IMG/VR virus record: IMGVR_UViG_3300020045_002497
Span: 1-26,852 of that record
Reading direction: 5' to 3' (one strand)
Source of the DNA: a virus
Lineage: Duplodnaviria; Heunggongvirae; Uroviricota; Caudoviricetes
DNA length: 26,852 nucleotides
Positions 1 to 8,857 of this stretch are shown here, piece by piece (the first letter of the stretch is position 1; the number at the start of each line of letters is the position of its first letter). Both the position numbers and the translations under genes were made by a program. Below the pieces are notes generated by a model. The model made no database searches and was not told the origin of the DNA. It saw only the letters and a list, made by a program, of their open reading frames with translations.

Positions 1-51
1 TTAATTTATGAACCTATAATCAAAGTATTATTGTATAAGCTTAAAATTTAA
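1..51 (+). CDS. 3' end of a gene entering the window (LIYEPIIKVLLYKLKI*), possibly carrying the shared C-terminal tag
   Basis: Open frame from base 1 to TAA at 49-51; sequence resembles the YEYLIPLLKEL-type tails of downstream small ORFs. Confidence 0.4.
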   Translation, partial: LIYEPIIKVLLYKLKI

Positions 52-72
52 TTATTGCTGTCGATAGCAAAT

Positions 73-98
73 AACCACTTAGAGAAATCTAGGTGGTT
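73..98 (+). terminator. Intergenic stem-loop, possible intrinsic terminator or processing hairpin
   Basis: AACCACTTAG (73-82) / CTAGGTGGTT (89-98), 10-bp stem with one G-U, 6-nt loop, followed by TATTAT; U-tract is weak. Confidence 0.5.
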
Positions 99-132
99 TA
101 TTATAAAAACTAATCACTAAAACAAAAAAATT

Positions 133-306
133 ATGAAAACATTATTATTATTTATTTTAAAACTAACATTATCATATACTGCAATATATGGATTAGGTTA
201 TTTTTTAACAAACGAAGTTAACCCAATGATTTGGAGTATTTCAGCTAAAATTTGGTTTATACTATTTTTATTATTAACAACTTATACAAATATTGAAGAT
301 TTATGA
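133..306 (+). CDS. Small membrane protein, 57 aa (not in ORF track)
   Basis: ATG at 133 after A-rich leader; MKTLLLFILKLTLSYTAIYGLGYFL...IWFILFLLLTTY has two hydrophobic stretches; TGA overlaps next ATG (ATGA). Confidence 0.7.
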   Translation: MKTLLLFILKLTLSYTAIYGLGYFLTNEVNPMIWSISAKIWFILFLLLTTYTNIEDL

Positions 307-683
307 CACTAATATCGAATAAACAAACTATTAAACAACTTAATTCACAATTAAGTGTGTTAGAAGGTAATCGTAAAGCTTTAAATATTCAATGCGCTCA
401 AATTCAACAAAATTTATCTGAAAATAAAAAACAAATTAATATTCTTGCTAACAATATTAAAAAACTAGAATTACAAGAATCTCAAGAATTAAATGTTACA
501 GAACATGCATTACTGAGATATTGTGAAAGAGTTTTAGATATTGATATTGAAGAAATTAAAAAAGAATTACTTTCAGATAATACTAAAAAATTAGTTAACA
601 CATTAGGTTCTACTGGAGTTTATCCTTATAAGGAATTTAAACTTAAAATTATTAATAATTCAATTATAACCCTTTTAAAATAA
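303..683 (+). CDS. Hypothetical protein: N-terminal coiled coil plus VTEHALLRYCER-type C-terminal domain
   Basis: Heptad-like Q/N/K/L N-half; VTEHALLRYCERV resembles a HAxxRyxER motif recurrent in small phage proteins. Confidence 0.75.
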   Translation: MTLISNKQTIKQLNSQLSVLEGNRKALNIQCAQIQQNLSENKKQINILANNIKKLELQESQELNVTEHALLRYCERVLDIDIEEIKKELLSDNTKKLVNTLGSTGVYPYKEFKLKIINNSIITLLK

Positions 684-689
684 TCTATT

Positions 690-1028
690 ATGAACAAATT
701 ACTTGATCAATATTATCGCATGCTTTACTTCTGTAAAGGTAAACCTACTACATTAGGTCAAATGAGTAATTGGGAATTACAAGGTATTTTATTACTTATT
801 ACTAAATATCCTCAAGGATTATTAAATGGTTATTCTAAAGAATTATATGTTGAAGCTGTTAATTACATTATTCAATGTAGAGCTAATGCTAAAAATCAAA
901 GAGTAACTAACATTGAAACTATATATGCTAATAATGCATTAGAAAGAGCTAATAAACTAGCTGATGCAATATTAATATGTATGTTAAATACTGAAAAACA
1001 ATATAAAAATAAATTAATATTTACTTAA
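690..1028 (+). CDS. Hypothetical protein, 112 aa
   Basis: ORF in operon-like packing; no motif recognised. Confidence 0.7.
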   Translation: MNKLLDQYYRMLYFCKGKPTTLGQMSNWELQGILLLITKYPQGLLNGYSKELYVEAVNYIIQCRANAKNQRVTNIETIYANNALERANKLADAILICMLNTEKQYKNKLIFT

Positions 1029-1029
1029 T

Positions 1030-1377
1030 ATGGAATTAAATGATATAATAGGTGGAAAATATTATGCTGCACATTATATAGGTGAAAATCACCCTACAAT
1101 TATTAAAGCTTTACATGATAAATCTTTTAGACGTTCTACTGGTTTATATACAAGAAATAAAGAATTACAATATCGTTTTATTAAAAGTAATTCATTTGAA
1201 TGTGAAAATCATATAAGATTAGCTACACTAGAGGAAGGTCATTGGTTAAGTTGTTGTATAAATAATGATAAATATATATCTTATAAAGAAGCAATGTTAA
1301 CATTTGTAGACAAATCAATTAATTATCAACAAGATCCTGAATATAATAACATATTAATTAAATTATTAACAACATGA
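1030..1377 (+). CDS. Small paralog family A, with ILIKLL C-terminal tag
   Basis: RLATLEEGHWLSCC...YISYKEAMLTF; ends QQDPEYNNILIKLLTT. Confidence 0.85.
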   Translation: MELNDIIGGKYYAAHYIGENHPTIIKALHDKSFRRSTGLYTRNKELQYRFIKSNSFECENHIRLATLEEGHWLSCCINNDKYISYKEAMLTFVDKSINYQQDPEYNNILIKLLTT

Positions 1378-1724
1378 TAAGAAATGAAGATTTAATTGAA
1401 AATACTTATTATTATTCAGAAAAGTATTCAGGTACACTAAATAATAATTTTATTTTAAAATATGAAAAAGATGTAACAAGTTGTTCATTTATTCCAGATT
1501 TTATGAATAAGAATTCACATGCTGATTTTCATAATGATGGAACTTTTAATCATAGAATTACAAGATTAGCAACAGATGAAGAAATACATTGGTTTAAAAT
1601 ATGTTTTGAAGCTAAATCCTATATTAAATATGAAGAAGCTATGAAAACATTTAATCAAATTAAACCTACAATCCAAGATGATCCTAATTTAGGAGAAATA
1701 TTAATAAAATTATTAAATAATTAA
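1374..1724 (+). CDS. Small paralog family A, with ILIKLL tag
   Basis: RLATDEEIHWFKIC...YIKYEEAMKTF; ends QDDPNLGEILIKLLNN. Confidence 0.85.
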   Translation: MIRNEDLIENTYYYSEKYSGTLNNNFILKYEKDVTSCSFIPDFMNKNSHADFHNDGTFNHRITRLATDEEIHWFKICFEAKSYIKYEEAMKTFNQIKPTIQDDPNLGEILIKLLNN

Positions 1725-1725
1725 A

Positions 1726-2091
1726 ATGAAATTAAAAGATTGTAAACATGGAAAAGTATATTATTGGACAACAGGATATAATCATTCACACGGTTATTTA
1801 AATTTATTTCAAAATATACCAGGAGAATCTAATAATATTGAATGTTATATTACTAATGATATAAATCAAAAAAATAATAATGTTGATAGATTATTTTATA
1901 AAAATTCATCAAATAGCTCACCATATGATATTCGTGAAGCTACTCCAGAAGAAGAACATTGGTTGTTAACTTGTAAAGAAGCTAATACGTTTGTAGAATA
2001 TAAAACTGCAATGTTAAGTTTTAGACAACCTAATGTAATAACTAAAGATAGTTCTGACATTAATGAAATACTAATAAAATTATTATCATGA
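1726..2091 (+). CDS. Small paralog family A, with ILIKLL tag
   Basis: REATPEEEHWLLTC...FVEYKTAMLSF; ends KDSSDINEILIKLLS. Confidence 0.85.
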   Translation: MKLKDCKHGKVYYWTTGYNHSHGYLNLFQNIPGESNNIECYITNDINQKNNNVDRLFYKNSSNSSPYDIREATPEEEHWLLTCKEANTFVEYKTAMLSFRQPNVITKDSSDINEILIKLLS

Positions 2092-2414
2092 AATTACCAA
2101 AATTAATTAATGGGGAAATATATTATTGCAATGTATTTAGTAATCCTTATTTGTTTAAAATGCAAAAAAATAAGTCAGATATTAAACATTTACAATGTAA
2201 TAAAGAATATTTTTCAAATTGGGGATGGGATTTTTGGACTGATAGTACACTTACAGAAATTCAAATAGCTTCAGTAGAACAAAAACATTGGTTAAATGAA
2301 TGTATTAAAATCAATGAATACATTTCATATGATGATGCAATGTTATCATTTACTTTAAATATCAAAGATGATCCTGAATTAGGAAATATTCTAATTAAAC
2401 TATTAACTCAATAA
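2088..2414 (+). CDS. Small paralog family A, with ILIKLL tag
   Basis: QIASVEQKHWLNEC...YISYDDAMLSF; ends KDDPELGNILIKLLTQ. Confidence 0.85.
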   Translation: MKLPKLINGEIYYCNVFSNPYLFKMQKNKSDIKHLQCNKEYFSNWGWDFWTDSTLTEIQIASVEQKHWLNECIKINEYISYDDAMLSFTLNIKDDPELGNILIKLLTQ

Positions 2415-2417
2415 ATT

Positions 2418-2651
2418 ATGAAAGGTCATAGACTAAATAAAAGACAACCATTGTCTGAAGCAATTAAACAACATGCTAAATTACATGCTAAATATAAAGA
2501 ATATTCTTTAAAAACTATTCCAGAATTAGAAGAAATGTTACCATTATTAGGTGGTGGATATAAAGAAGTCTGTTTGTCTGTAATGAAAGAAAAGTTTGTA
2601 AATAACTTAAAAGATCAACAAACTCAAGAATTACCTGAAGGAGAAGCTTAA
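2418..2651 (+). CDS. Hypothetical protein, 77 aa
   Basis: ORF fills the gap between packed genes; no tag, no motif. Confidence 0.65.
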   Translation: MKGHRLNKRQPLSEAIKQHAKLHAKYKEYSLKTIPELEEMLPLLGGGYKEVCLSVMKEKFVNNLKDQQTQELPEGEA

Positions 2652-2652
2652 T

Positions 2653-2943
2653 ATGGAAAAGTTTGTATTACCAGAAAAATGGTTTATCAAAAGAACATTT
2701 GATAATGCTGATATTGTAAATGCTTGGATATGTAAAGAAAGAAATAATTCAAATGCTGCATTTTTAACTGATACCGCTACTGTTTTAAGTAATACTAAAT
2801 ATCATAGTTTTCCTGATTCAAATTATACTAATGGTTATACAGAATTAACATTTGAACAATTTTTAGAATATGTTATAAATAAAAAACCAATAATTCAAGA
2901 TAGTACTGAATTAAATAAAATATTAATTAAATTATTAAGTTAA
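2653..2943 (+). CDS. Small paralog family B, with ILIKLL tag
   Basis: FVLPEKWFIK...NAW...YTELTFEQFLEYV; ends QDSTELNKILIKLLS. Confidence 0.85.
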   Translation: MEKFVLPEKWFIKRTFDNADIVNAWICKERNNSNAAFLTDTATVLSNTKYHSFPDSNYTNGYTELTFEQFLEYVINKKPIIQDSTELNKILIKLLS

Positions 2944-3227
2944 TGGAATCTTTTAAATTACCTGAACAATGGGCTATTAAACAAAATCGTAAAGAAATAA
3001 ATGATTGGTTAAATATTCATAAACAAACCAATTCAAATTATAATTCTGTAGATGGTATACATTTGGTACATTATCCTGAATATAATAAATGTCATTTATA
3101 TAGTAAAATTAAACCTGGTTATACTGAAATAACTTTTGAAGAATTTGAAATTTATGTTTTAAAAACTAAAATATATATCCAAGATACAGAATTAAATCAA
3201 ATACTTATTAAACTTTTAACTGAATGA
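2943..3227 (+). CDS. Small paralog family B, with ILIKLL tag
   Basis: FKLPEQWAIK...INDW...YTEITFEEFEIYV; ends QDTELNQILIKLLTE. Confidence 0.85.
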   Translation: MESFKLPEQWAIKQNRKEINDWLNIHKQTNSNYNSVDGIHLVHYPEYNKCHLYSKIKPGYTEITFEEFEIYVLKTKIYIQDTELNQILIKLLTE

Positions 3228-3436
3228 TAACAAAAGATAGAGTGTTAGAAATTATTAATTCTACTAATCCAGGAGAATTAGAACAAATACATGTTATAAC
3301 CAGATATATTTTTGACAAAACTCAATCAGATATATCTGGTATTAATATAAATCCACCACAACATCAAGGTATGATTATATTAATGCATAATATGTATCAA
3401 ACTGCAAAGCAACATTATAGAACTAATGGACAATGA
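3224..3436 (+). CDS. Hypothetical protein, 70 aa
   Basis: ATGA-coupled to the previous gene; overlaps the polymerase start. Confidence 0.65.
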   Translation: MITKDRVLEIINSTNPGELEQIHVITRYIFDKTQSDISGININPPQHQGMIILMHNMYQTAKQHYRTNGQ

Positions 3437-5390
3437 TGCATTATTAAAAGCTTTACAAAATATACCATCTAGTAAGTGGCAAAAAGTTATTTGTGATGTT
3501 GAAGTATATCCTAATGTATTTTTATTAGGTATACAAGATGTTGATACTAAAGAAAAAATTGTTTATGAAATATCAGATAGATTAAATGAATATAATGAAG
3601 TAGTAAAATTTGTTACTACTTTTAATCAATATTTAATAACATTTAACGGAATACATTATGATATTCCTATTTTACTGTATATTGTAAACAATAAATTAGA
3701 AGATGTTAAAGAATATCTTCAAAAATTAAAAGAATGGTCAGATTATATAATTAATAATGACTTTTGGTGGAATGATAGTGAATTAAAAAAATATAAATAT
3801 CAAAACAGATGGATAGACATTGATTTATATTTATATTGGTCTAAAATGCTTAGACTTAGTAAAAAAATAAGCTTAAAAGGACTTGCTATTCAAATGAATT
3901 ATCCTGTAGTACAGGAATTACCATTTGATCCTTCAATGAGCTTAAATCATGCTCAAATTGATGAATTAAGGCATTATAATAGTGTACATGATTTAAGTAT
4001 TACTGATTTATTGTTTACTCAATTTACAGGTAAAGGAACTATTCCTTTAGGTAATTTAGGAACTGTACAATTAAGAGCTAAAGTTAAAGAGAAATATGGA
4101 ATTAACGCAATGTCTTTTGATGCTCCTAAAATAGCATCTGAAGTAATGCTTTACAAATATTGTCAAAAAACTAATCAAAATTTAAAAGTTTTTAAAAAAC
4201 AAAGATTTGAAAAAACACCTTTTCAATTTAAAGATTTATTTAGTGGTTATAAATTTGAATTTAAAACAAAAGTTTTAAAAGATATTTATAATAAATGGAT
4301 GAATAGTTATGATACATTTAATGAAACTTTTACTTGTTTTACTAAAGATCAAGAAGAAGGAATAAAATTATCTGTTGGTGTTGGAGGAATACACAATATT
4401 GTTAAAAATGAAATGTATGAAGCAAATGAAGAATATGAAATTTGTGATATAGATATAGAATCTTTATATCCTACATTTATATTAGGATTACATTGTTTTA
4501 GATTTAAAGAATTAGAAGAAACTTATGAAGAATTTAAACATTTAAGAGTTACTGAATCTAAACCTAATATTAAAAAGTTTAAAGGAACTGATAAAGAACA
4601 ATTCTGGAAAGAAGAAGATGCTTTTAATAAGGTTATTTTAAATGGATTATCTGGACATATTGATCAAGAACATTCTCCATTATATAATAATATTGGTGCA
4701 ATGAAAATGAGATGTATGGGACAATTAGTTCTATTAACAATTATTGAAAAAATACATGAAAAAAATATTAAAATAATACAAGTTAATACTGACGGTTTAA
4801 CTGTATTATTACCTAAATATAAAAAAGATTTATTTGTATCTATTGTTCAAGACACTGAAAAATTATATAGTGTTAAATTTGAATATGGTTATTATCAAAA
4901 AATGATACTTGCAAATGTTAACAATTATTTGGCCCAAGATTTATCTGGTTCAATTAAACAAAAAGGATTATTTGTTGATAAACCAGAACTTGGAAATAGT
5001 GTAGATTATTTAATTATACCTAAAGCATTAAAAGCTTATTATATTGAGAATATACCTGTTAAACAATTTGTTGAATCACATACTAATATCTTGGATTTCT
5101 GTTGTTCACAAAAAGTAGATAAATCCTATCATATAGAGTGGACCAGTCCTCAGTTTATTAAATCTAAACAACAAAGATTAAATAGATTTTATGCATCAAC
5201 TAAAGGTGGTTATATTTATAAATGTAGAAATGGTAAACAAAATCATTTATTGAAAGAATCTGGAGTAATGATTTACAATAATCATAATCCTAATGTATTT
5301 CCTACAGATATTAACTATAAATTCTATATTGCTCAAATAAATAAAATAATAAATGAAATAAATAATAAAAATCAATTAACACTATTTTAA
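3426..5390 (+). CDS. polB: Family B DNA polymerase with 3'-5' exonuclease domain
   Basis: ExoI CDVEVY, ExoII FNGIHYD, motif A DIDIESLYP, motif B KVILNGLSG, motif C QVNTDG; 654 aa. Confidence 0.93.
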   Translation: MDNDALLKALQNIPSSKWQKVICDVEVYPNVFLLGIQDVDTKEKIVYEISDRLNEYNEVVKFVTTFNQYLITFNGIHYDIPILLYIVNNKLEDVKEYLQKLKEWSDYIINNDFWWNDSELKKYKYQNRWIDIDLYLYWSKMLRLSKKISLKGLAIQMNYPVVQELPFDPSMSLNHAQIDELRHYNSVHDLSITDLLFTQFTGKGTIPLGNLGTVQLRAKVKEKYGINAMSFDAPKIASEVMLYKYCQKTNQNLKVFKKQRFEKTPFQFKDLFSGYKFEFKTKVLKDIYNKWMNSYDTFNETFTCFTKDQEEGIKLSVGVGGIHNIVKNEMYEANEEYEICDIDIESLYPTFILGLHCFRFKELEETYEEFKHLRVTESKPNIKKFKGTDKEQFWKEEDAFNKVILNGLSGHIDQEHSPLYNNIGAMKMRCMGQLVLLTIIEKIHEKNIKIIQVNTDGLTVLLPKYKKDLFVSIVQDTEKLYSVKFEYGYYQKMILANVNNYLAQDLSGSIKQKGLFVDKPELGNSVDYLIIPKALKAYYIENIPVKQFVESHTNILDFCCSQKVDKSYHIEWTSPQFIKSKQQRLNRFYASTKGGYIYKCRNGKQNHLLKESGVMIYNNHNPNVFPTDINYKFYIAQINKIINEINNKNQLTLF

Positions 5391-5391
5391 A

Positions 5392-5727
5392 ATGGAAAAA
5401 TATGGATTTATAATTGGAAATTGGTACAAATATATTGAAAATGATAAAAGTGCTTATTATATAAAAATAGAAAATGTTACAGACACAAGTAATTCAAATG
5501 GTATTTTTCGTAAAATATTTTATTCTGAAAAAATTCAAAATAATAAACATTTAATTTATGCTGGATACTGGGCAAATACAGAAATGGAAACTATCGCGTT
5601 AGAAAATCCAGTTGATATTTCTGAAATAATAGAATTTTTACCTAAAGATCATCCTGATTTATTAAAAATAACTAAACAATCCTATGATTATTTAATACCA
5701 ATATTAACTAAATTAAATACAACTTAA
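5392..5727 (+). CDS. Hypothetical protein with SYDYLIPIL-type C-terminal tag
   Basis: Ends KQSYDYLIPILTKLNTT. Confidence 0.8.
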   Translation: MEKYGFIIGNWYKYIENDKSAYYIKIENVTDTSNSNGIFRKIFYSEKIQNNKHLIYAGYWANTEMETIALENPVDISEIIEFLPKDHPDLLKITKQSYDYLIPILTKLNTT

Positions 5728-5728
5728 T

Positions 5729-6004
5729 ATGTACAAAGTAGTAAATACTAAAACTCAAGAAGAATGGGATATTGTTACTAAAACTTTAGATTACAAATGG
5801 ACAAGAGTTAATAATTTTAAATCTTACGGTACTAATACTTGTATTAATCTTACTTCTAGAGGATATGGAAATTTAAAATTTTATAAAAATGAAAATTCAT
5901 TAATTTATACTTTTGAAGAATGGTGTACATTAAATACAAAATCTAATGCTACAGATGATCTATCATATCTTACTGAATTTTTAATTAAAAATGAAATAAC
6001 ATGA
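5729..6004 (+). CDS. Small protein related to family B, with DDLSYL-type tag
   Basis: TKTQEEWD...TCI.L...GY...YTFEEW; ends TDDLSYLTEFLIKNEIT. Confidence 0.8.
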   Translation: MYKVVNTKTQEEWDIVTKTLDYKWTRVNNFKSYGTNTCINLTSRGYGNLKFYKNENSLIYTFEEWCTLNTKSNATDDLSYLTEFLIKNEIT

Positions 6005-7302
6005 TGTTAGAATGTGTACATGTAACTACTCAGGAAGAAGCTGATGAAGTATTAGAATTTATAGGTACTTGGAGACATGAAAATATGATTAAAAATACTG
6101 GAGAATGTATTATTTATTTAGATGATTCTGGATATGATAGACTTGATAGATATAAAGAACCAAAAGTATATGAAAAATATAACTTAATTACATTTGAAGA
6201 ATTTTTAGAAAAATATAAACATATAAAAACAAATAAACAATCAATGGAAAAACAAATGCTTGATGTCTTAAATAAGACATATGACAATTTACATTTAAGA
6301 AGAACAACAGTACCTCTGTTTATGTCAAATCCTGGAATAGGTAAAACTAGTATTATCCAGAAATTTGCTAAAGATAAAGGTGTTAAATTAGTGAAAATTA
6401 CTTTAAGTCAAAGAATGCCTAACGAGGTAGTAGGTATGGTTATGCCTGATGTAATTAGTAAAGCCTTATTAGTATTTAATAGTCATGAACTTGAACAGTT
6501 AAATGATGGAGATGTACTATTCTTTGATGAAGTATTTAATGGTACTTTAAAACAAACATTAGATGCTTTATTAAATCTATTAGAAGATAGAACATTACCT
6601 ACAGGTAAGAAATTAGCAGATGTAATGATTGTTGCAGCTAGTAATCCTCAAGGACTGATTAACTTAACTCCTCAGATTAAACAACGTTTTGAAAGAGAAG
6701 ATTTGAAATTTAATGCTGAAGAATTCCAAGTTTATTTGAAAAATAAATATGGTATGCCAGAATCTATTTCATCTCATCTTTGTACATTAATTAATAAAGA
6801 GAAATTTGAACCGAATGATTGGAACTTTGTAACACCTAGAAGTGTTGAGAAAGCTATCAATAAAATTGGTTGTGAATTAAAATCAAACTATGATGATGTT
6901 TTACTTCCATTTTTAACTAAAACTATTGAATCTCCTATGGATATTTCAAAATTAAATGTTAAAAAAGGTGATCAAGTAGAATATTTAAATATTTTGAAAT
7001 TATTAATTGCTAATTCAAATGTTAAATTAAGAGATACTGAAGAAGTTAAGTATCCTGAATTAAAAGTGAAAAGACTTAAAGCTGAAGAAATAGCTAAAGA
7101 ATTAGCAGAAAAAGAAGCTGCTAGAGAAAAAGCTGTTGCAGAATTTAAAGCAAAAGAAGCCGTTGATGCTGCAGCACAATTAGCTGCTGAACAAACAAAA
7201 ACTACATCTACAAAAAATAAATCTAAAAAACCAACACAAGCAAAAGATGATTCAACAAATCACAAGCAAGAAAGTGGAGTTACCAGTAATCTTCTTAATT
7301 GA
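6001..7302 (+). CDS. MoxR-like AAA+ ATPase with an N-terminal small-protein-like domain (probable internal start ATG 6244) and an A/E/K-rich C-terminal extension
   Basis: Walker A SNPGIGKT, Walker B LFFDE, sensor-1 AASNP, RF arginine finger (KQRFE), TPRS sensor-2; VWA gene immediately downstream. Confidence 0.85.
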   Translation: MMLECVHVTTQEEADEVLEFIGTWRHENMIKNTGECIIYLDDSGYDRLDRYKEPKVYEKYNLITFEEFLEKYKHIKTNKQSMEKQMLDVLNKTYDNLHLRRTTVPLFMSNPGIGKTSIIQKFAKDKGVKLVKITLSQRMPNEVVGMVMPDVISKALLVFNSHELEQLNDGDVLFFDEVFNGTLKQTLDALLNLLEDRTLPTGKKLADVMIVAASNPQGLINLTPQIKQRFEREDLKFNAEEFQVYLKNKYGMPESISSHLCTLINKEKFEPNDWNFVTPRSVEKAINKIGCELKSNYDDVLLPFLTKTIESPMDISKLNVKKGDQVEYLNILKLLIANSNVKLRDTEEVKYPELKVKRLKAEEIAKELAEKEAAREKAVAEFKAKEAVDAAAQLAAEQTKTTSTKNKSKKPTQAKDDSTNHKQESGVTSNLLN

Positions 7303-8182
7303 GGATGAAGCTGACTTCCAACAATTACCCAAAGGATTACCTTATGTTATAGGTAAACAATCTGAACTTCCGTTCATTACTCTTTTCTTGGAATTTCAAG
7401 TTTTATACAGATCTTGTATGAAAACTTTAATTCCTATTAAATGGTTAGATTGTTTAACTAAAATTGGATATGGTAATTCTCTCCGTAAGTATGAACTAAA
7501 ATCAGGTGGTGTCTATGGTGCTGGTGATAATGGTCAATATCTTTTAAAAAAAGAAGATTTTATTACAGATCAATATTTAGTTGATTTTGATAAATTATCT
7601 GAATTAAAGATTTTACCAGTATGGTTAGAAGACTTAAAAGCTTCTATTGAAACTAACATTATTGATGAAGTAATGTTTGATCCAACAGGCTTTAATAAAC
7701 AATTAGGAATGAACATTGGTGCAGCAGGACTTAAACACAATTTGAAGAATCTATTAATTTTAGATATTTCTTCTTCAATGCCAAAATCAGTAGTATTAAC
7801 TATTACTAATTTAGCTAAATTGATGTCTAAAAAGTTCTATGCAGATGTAATCTTAACAGGTAGAAGAAGCTATCTAGTAGATTATGAAGAAGTCCCTAAT
7901 ACAGACATCGTAGGTGCAGTAGCATCTTATGGTGGAGGTAATGAAGGTGACATGTACAAAGAAATTGTAAAACAACCTAAAGAATATGGTACAGTAATAT
8001 CATTTGGTGATAATGATTGTCCAGGTATTGAAAAAGGAGATAAAGATATGAATTTTAAAGTTCATACATTATATTCTTTACATACTGAAGGTAATCGCAC
8101 TAGTAATATTACTGGTTATGCTAGAGGATTTGATCCTGTAGAAACCTTTATCGTTAAGGACTGGATCTCAACAATTCAATAA
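7247..8182 (+). CDS. VWA-domain protein (MoxR partner)
   Basis: MIDAS-type ILDISSSM (DxSxS), later GGGN and VISFGD; overlaps the ATPase gene by 56 nt. Confidence 0.8.
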   Translation: MIQQITSKKVELPVIFLIEDEADFQQLPKGLPYVIGKQSELPFITLFLEFQVLYRSCMKTLIPIKWLDCLTKIGYGNSLRKYELKSGGVYGAGDNGQYLLKKEDFITDQYLVDFDKLSELKILPVWLEDLKASIETNIIDEVMFDPTGFNKQLGMNIGAAGLKHNLKNLLILDISSSMPKSVVLTITNLAKLMSKKFYADVILTGRRSYLVDYEEVPNTDIVGAVASYGGGNEGDMYKEIVKQPKEYGTVISFGDNDCPGIEKGDKDMNFKVHTLYSLHTEGNRTSNITGYARGFDPVETFIVKDWISTIQ

Positions 8183-8209
8183 ATTAAAGAGTAAAAAAAA
8201 GTAAACCCC

Positions 8210-8235
8210 GTGTAGATACCTATCAGTATTTACAC
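8210..8235 (+). promoter_or_regulatory. Intergenic hairpin upstream of a long A-rich leader
   Basis: GTGTAGATAC (8210-8219) / GTATTTACAC (8226-8235), 10-bp stem with one G-U, 6-nt loop; no U-tract on the + strand. Confidence 0.5.
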
Positions 8236-8275
8236 ACTAAATAAAATAAATAACAATTAAAAAAAAACAAAAAAC

Positions 8276-8767
8276 ATGGAATTTTTAACAGTAAAAGAAT
8301 TAGCATTAAATCCTGCAGGTTACTTAATCAGCGCAACATCTAAAAAACCAGTAACTCACCCAGCATTTGTTGCTCAACAAAAAAATGCAGAGTACACTGT
8401 AAAATTAGCTGACGCTATTAAAGGTAAAACTTTCAAATGTGGTAAAACTGATGATTTGGATAAAATCAAAGCTGAAGTATTAGCAGCAATTAACGCTAAA
8501 AACGTTAAGCAATTTGTTGCTACTCCTGAAAAACCAAAAAGTGCAGTACAAGATGAATTAGTTCAACATGCTTTAAACTTTGCTAACTACGAAGTTAAAA
8601 AAGGAGAAGTTGCAAAAATTAATGAAGTTATGGCTGAATTTGAAGCTATTACTGCAGTTGAAGAAGTTGGTGATTATTTCTCTGAAGGTTTAGTTAAATT
8701 AACTAAAATCTATACTACAGAAGAAATTTTAGCAGCTGTTCAAGCTACTGCTGAAACATTGAAATAA
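8276..8767 (+). CDS. Ala/Lys/Glu-rich helical hypothetical protein, probably highly expressed
   Basis: 163 aa; visibly uses AAC/TAC/TTC/ATC/GCT codons more than neighbours; long A-rich leader. Confidence 0.85.
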   Translation: MEFLTVKELALNPAGYLISATSKKPVTHPAFVAQQKNAEYTVKLADAIKGKTFKCGKTDDLDKIKAEVLAAINAKNVKQFVATPEKPKSAVQDELVQHALNFANYEVKKGEVAKINEVMAEFEAITAVEEVGDYFSEGLVKLTKIYTTEEILAAVQATAETLK

Positions 8768-8773
8768 TAAATT

Positions 8774-8843
8774 AAATAAATAATAGGTGTCAAATATTGG
8801 CAGTTGATTAAATGTTGTGACAACAACAGCCTATTATTTATTT
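8774..8843 (+). other. Structured intergenic element, copy A
   Basis: Perfect 14-bp inverted repeat AAATAAATAATAGG / CCTATTATTTATTT enclosing 42 nt; similar to 17496-17562. Confidence 0.65.
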
Positions 8844-8857
8844 TAAATTTAAAAAAC

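Noticed and set aside
1351-3218. ATATTAATTAAATTATTA-like repeats as a CRISPR array or DNA repeat/att site
   Set aside because: Spacing is irregular, the repeats lie inside coding ends, and variation is at synonymous positions, so they are explained by the peptide tag
7080-7240. A/E/K-rich stretch as a tandem repeat
   Set aside because: Low-complexity helical coding extension of the ATPase with no discrete repeat unit
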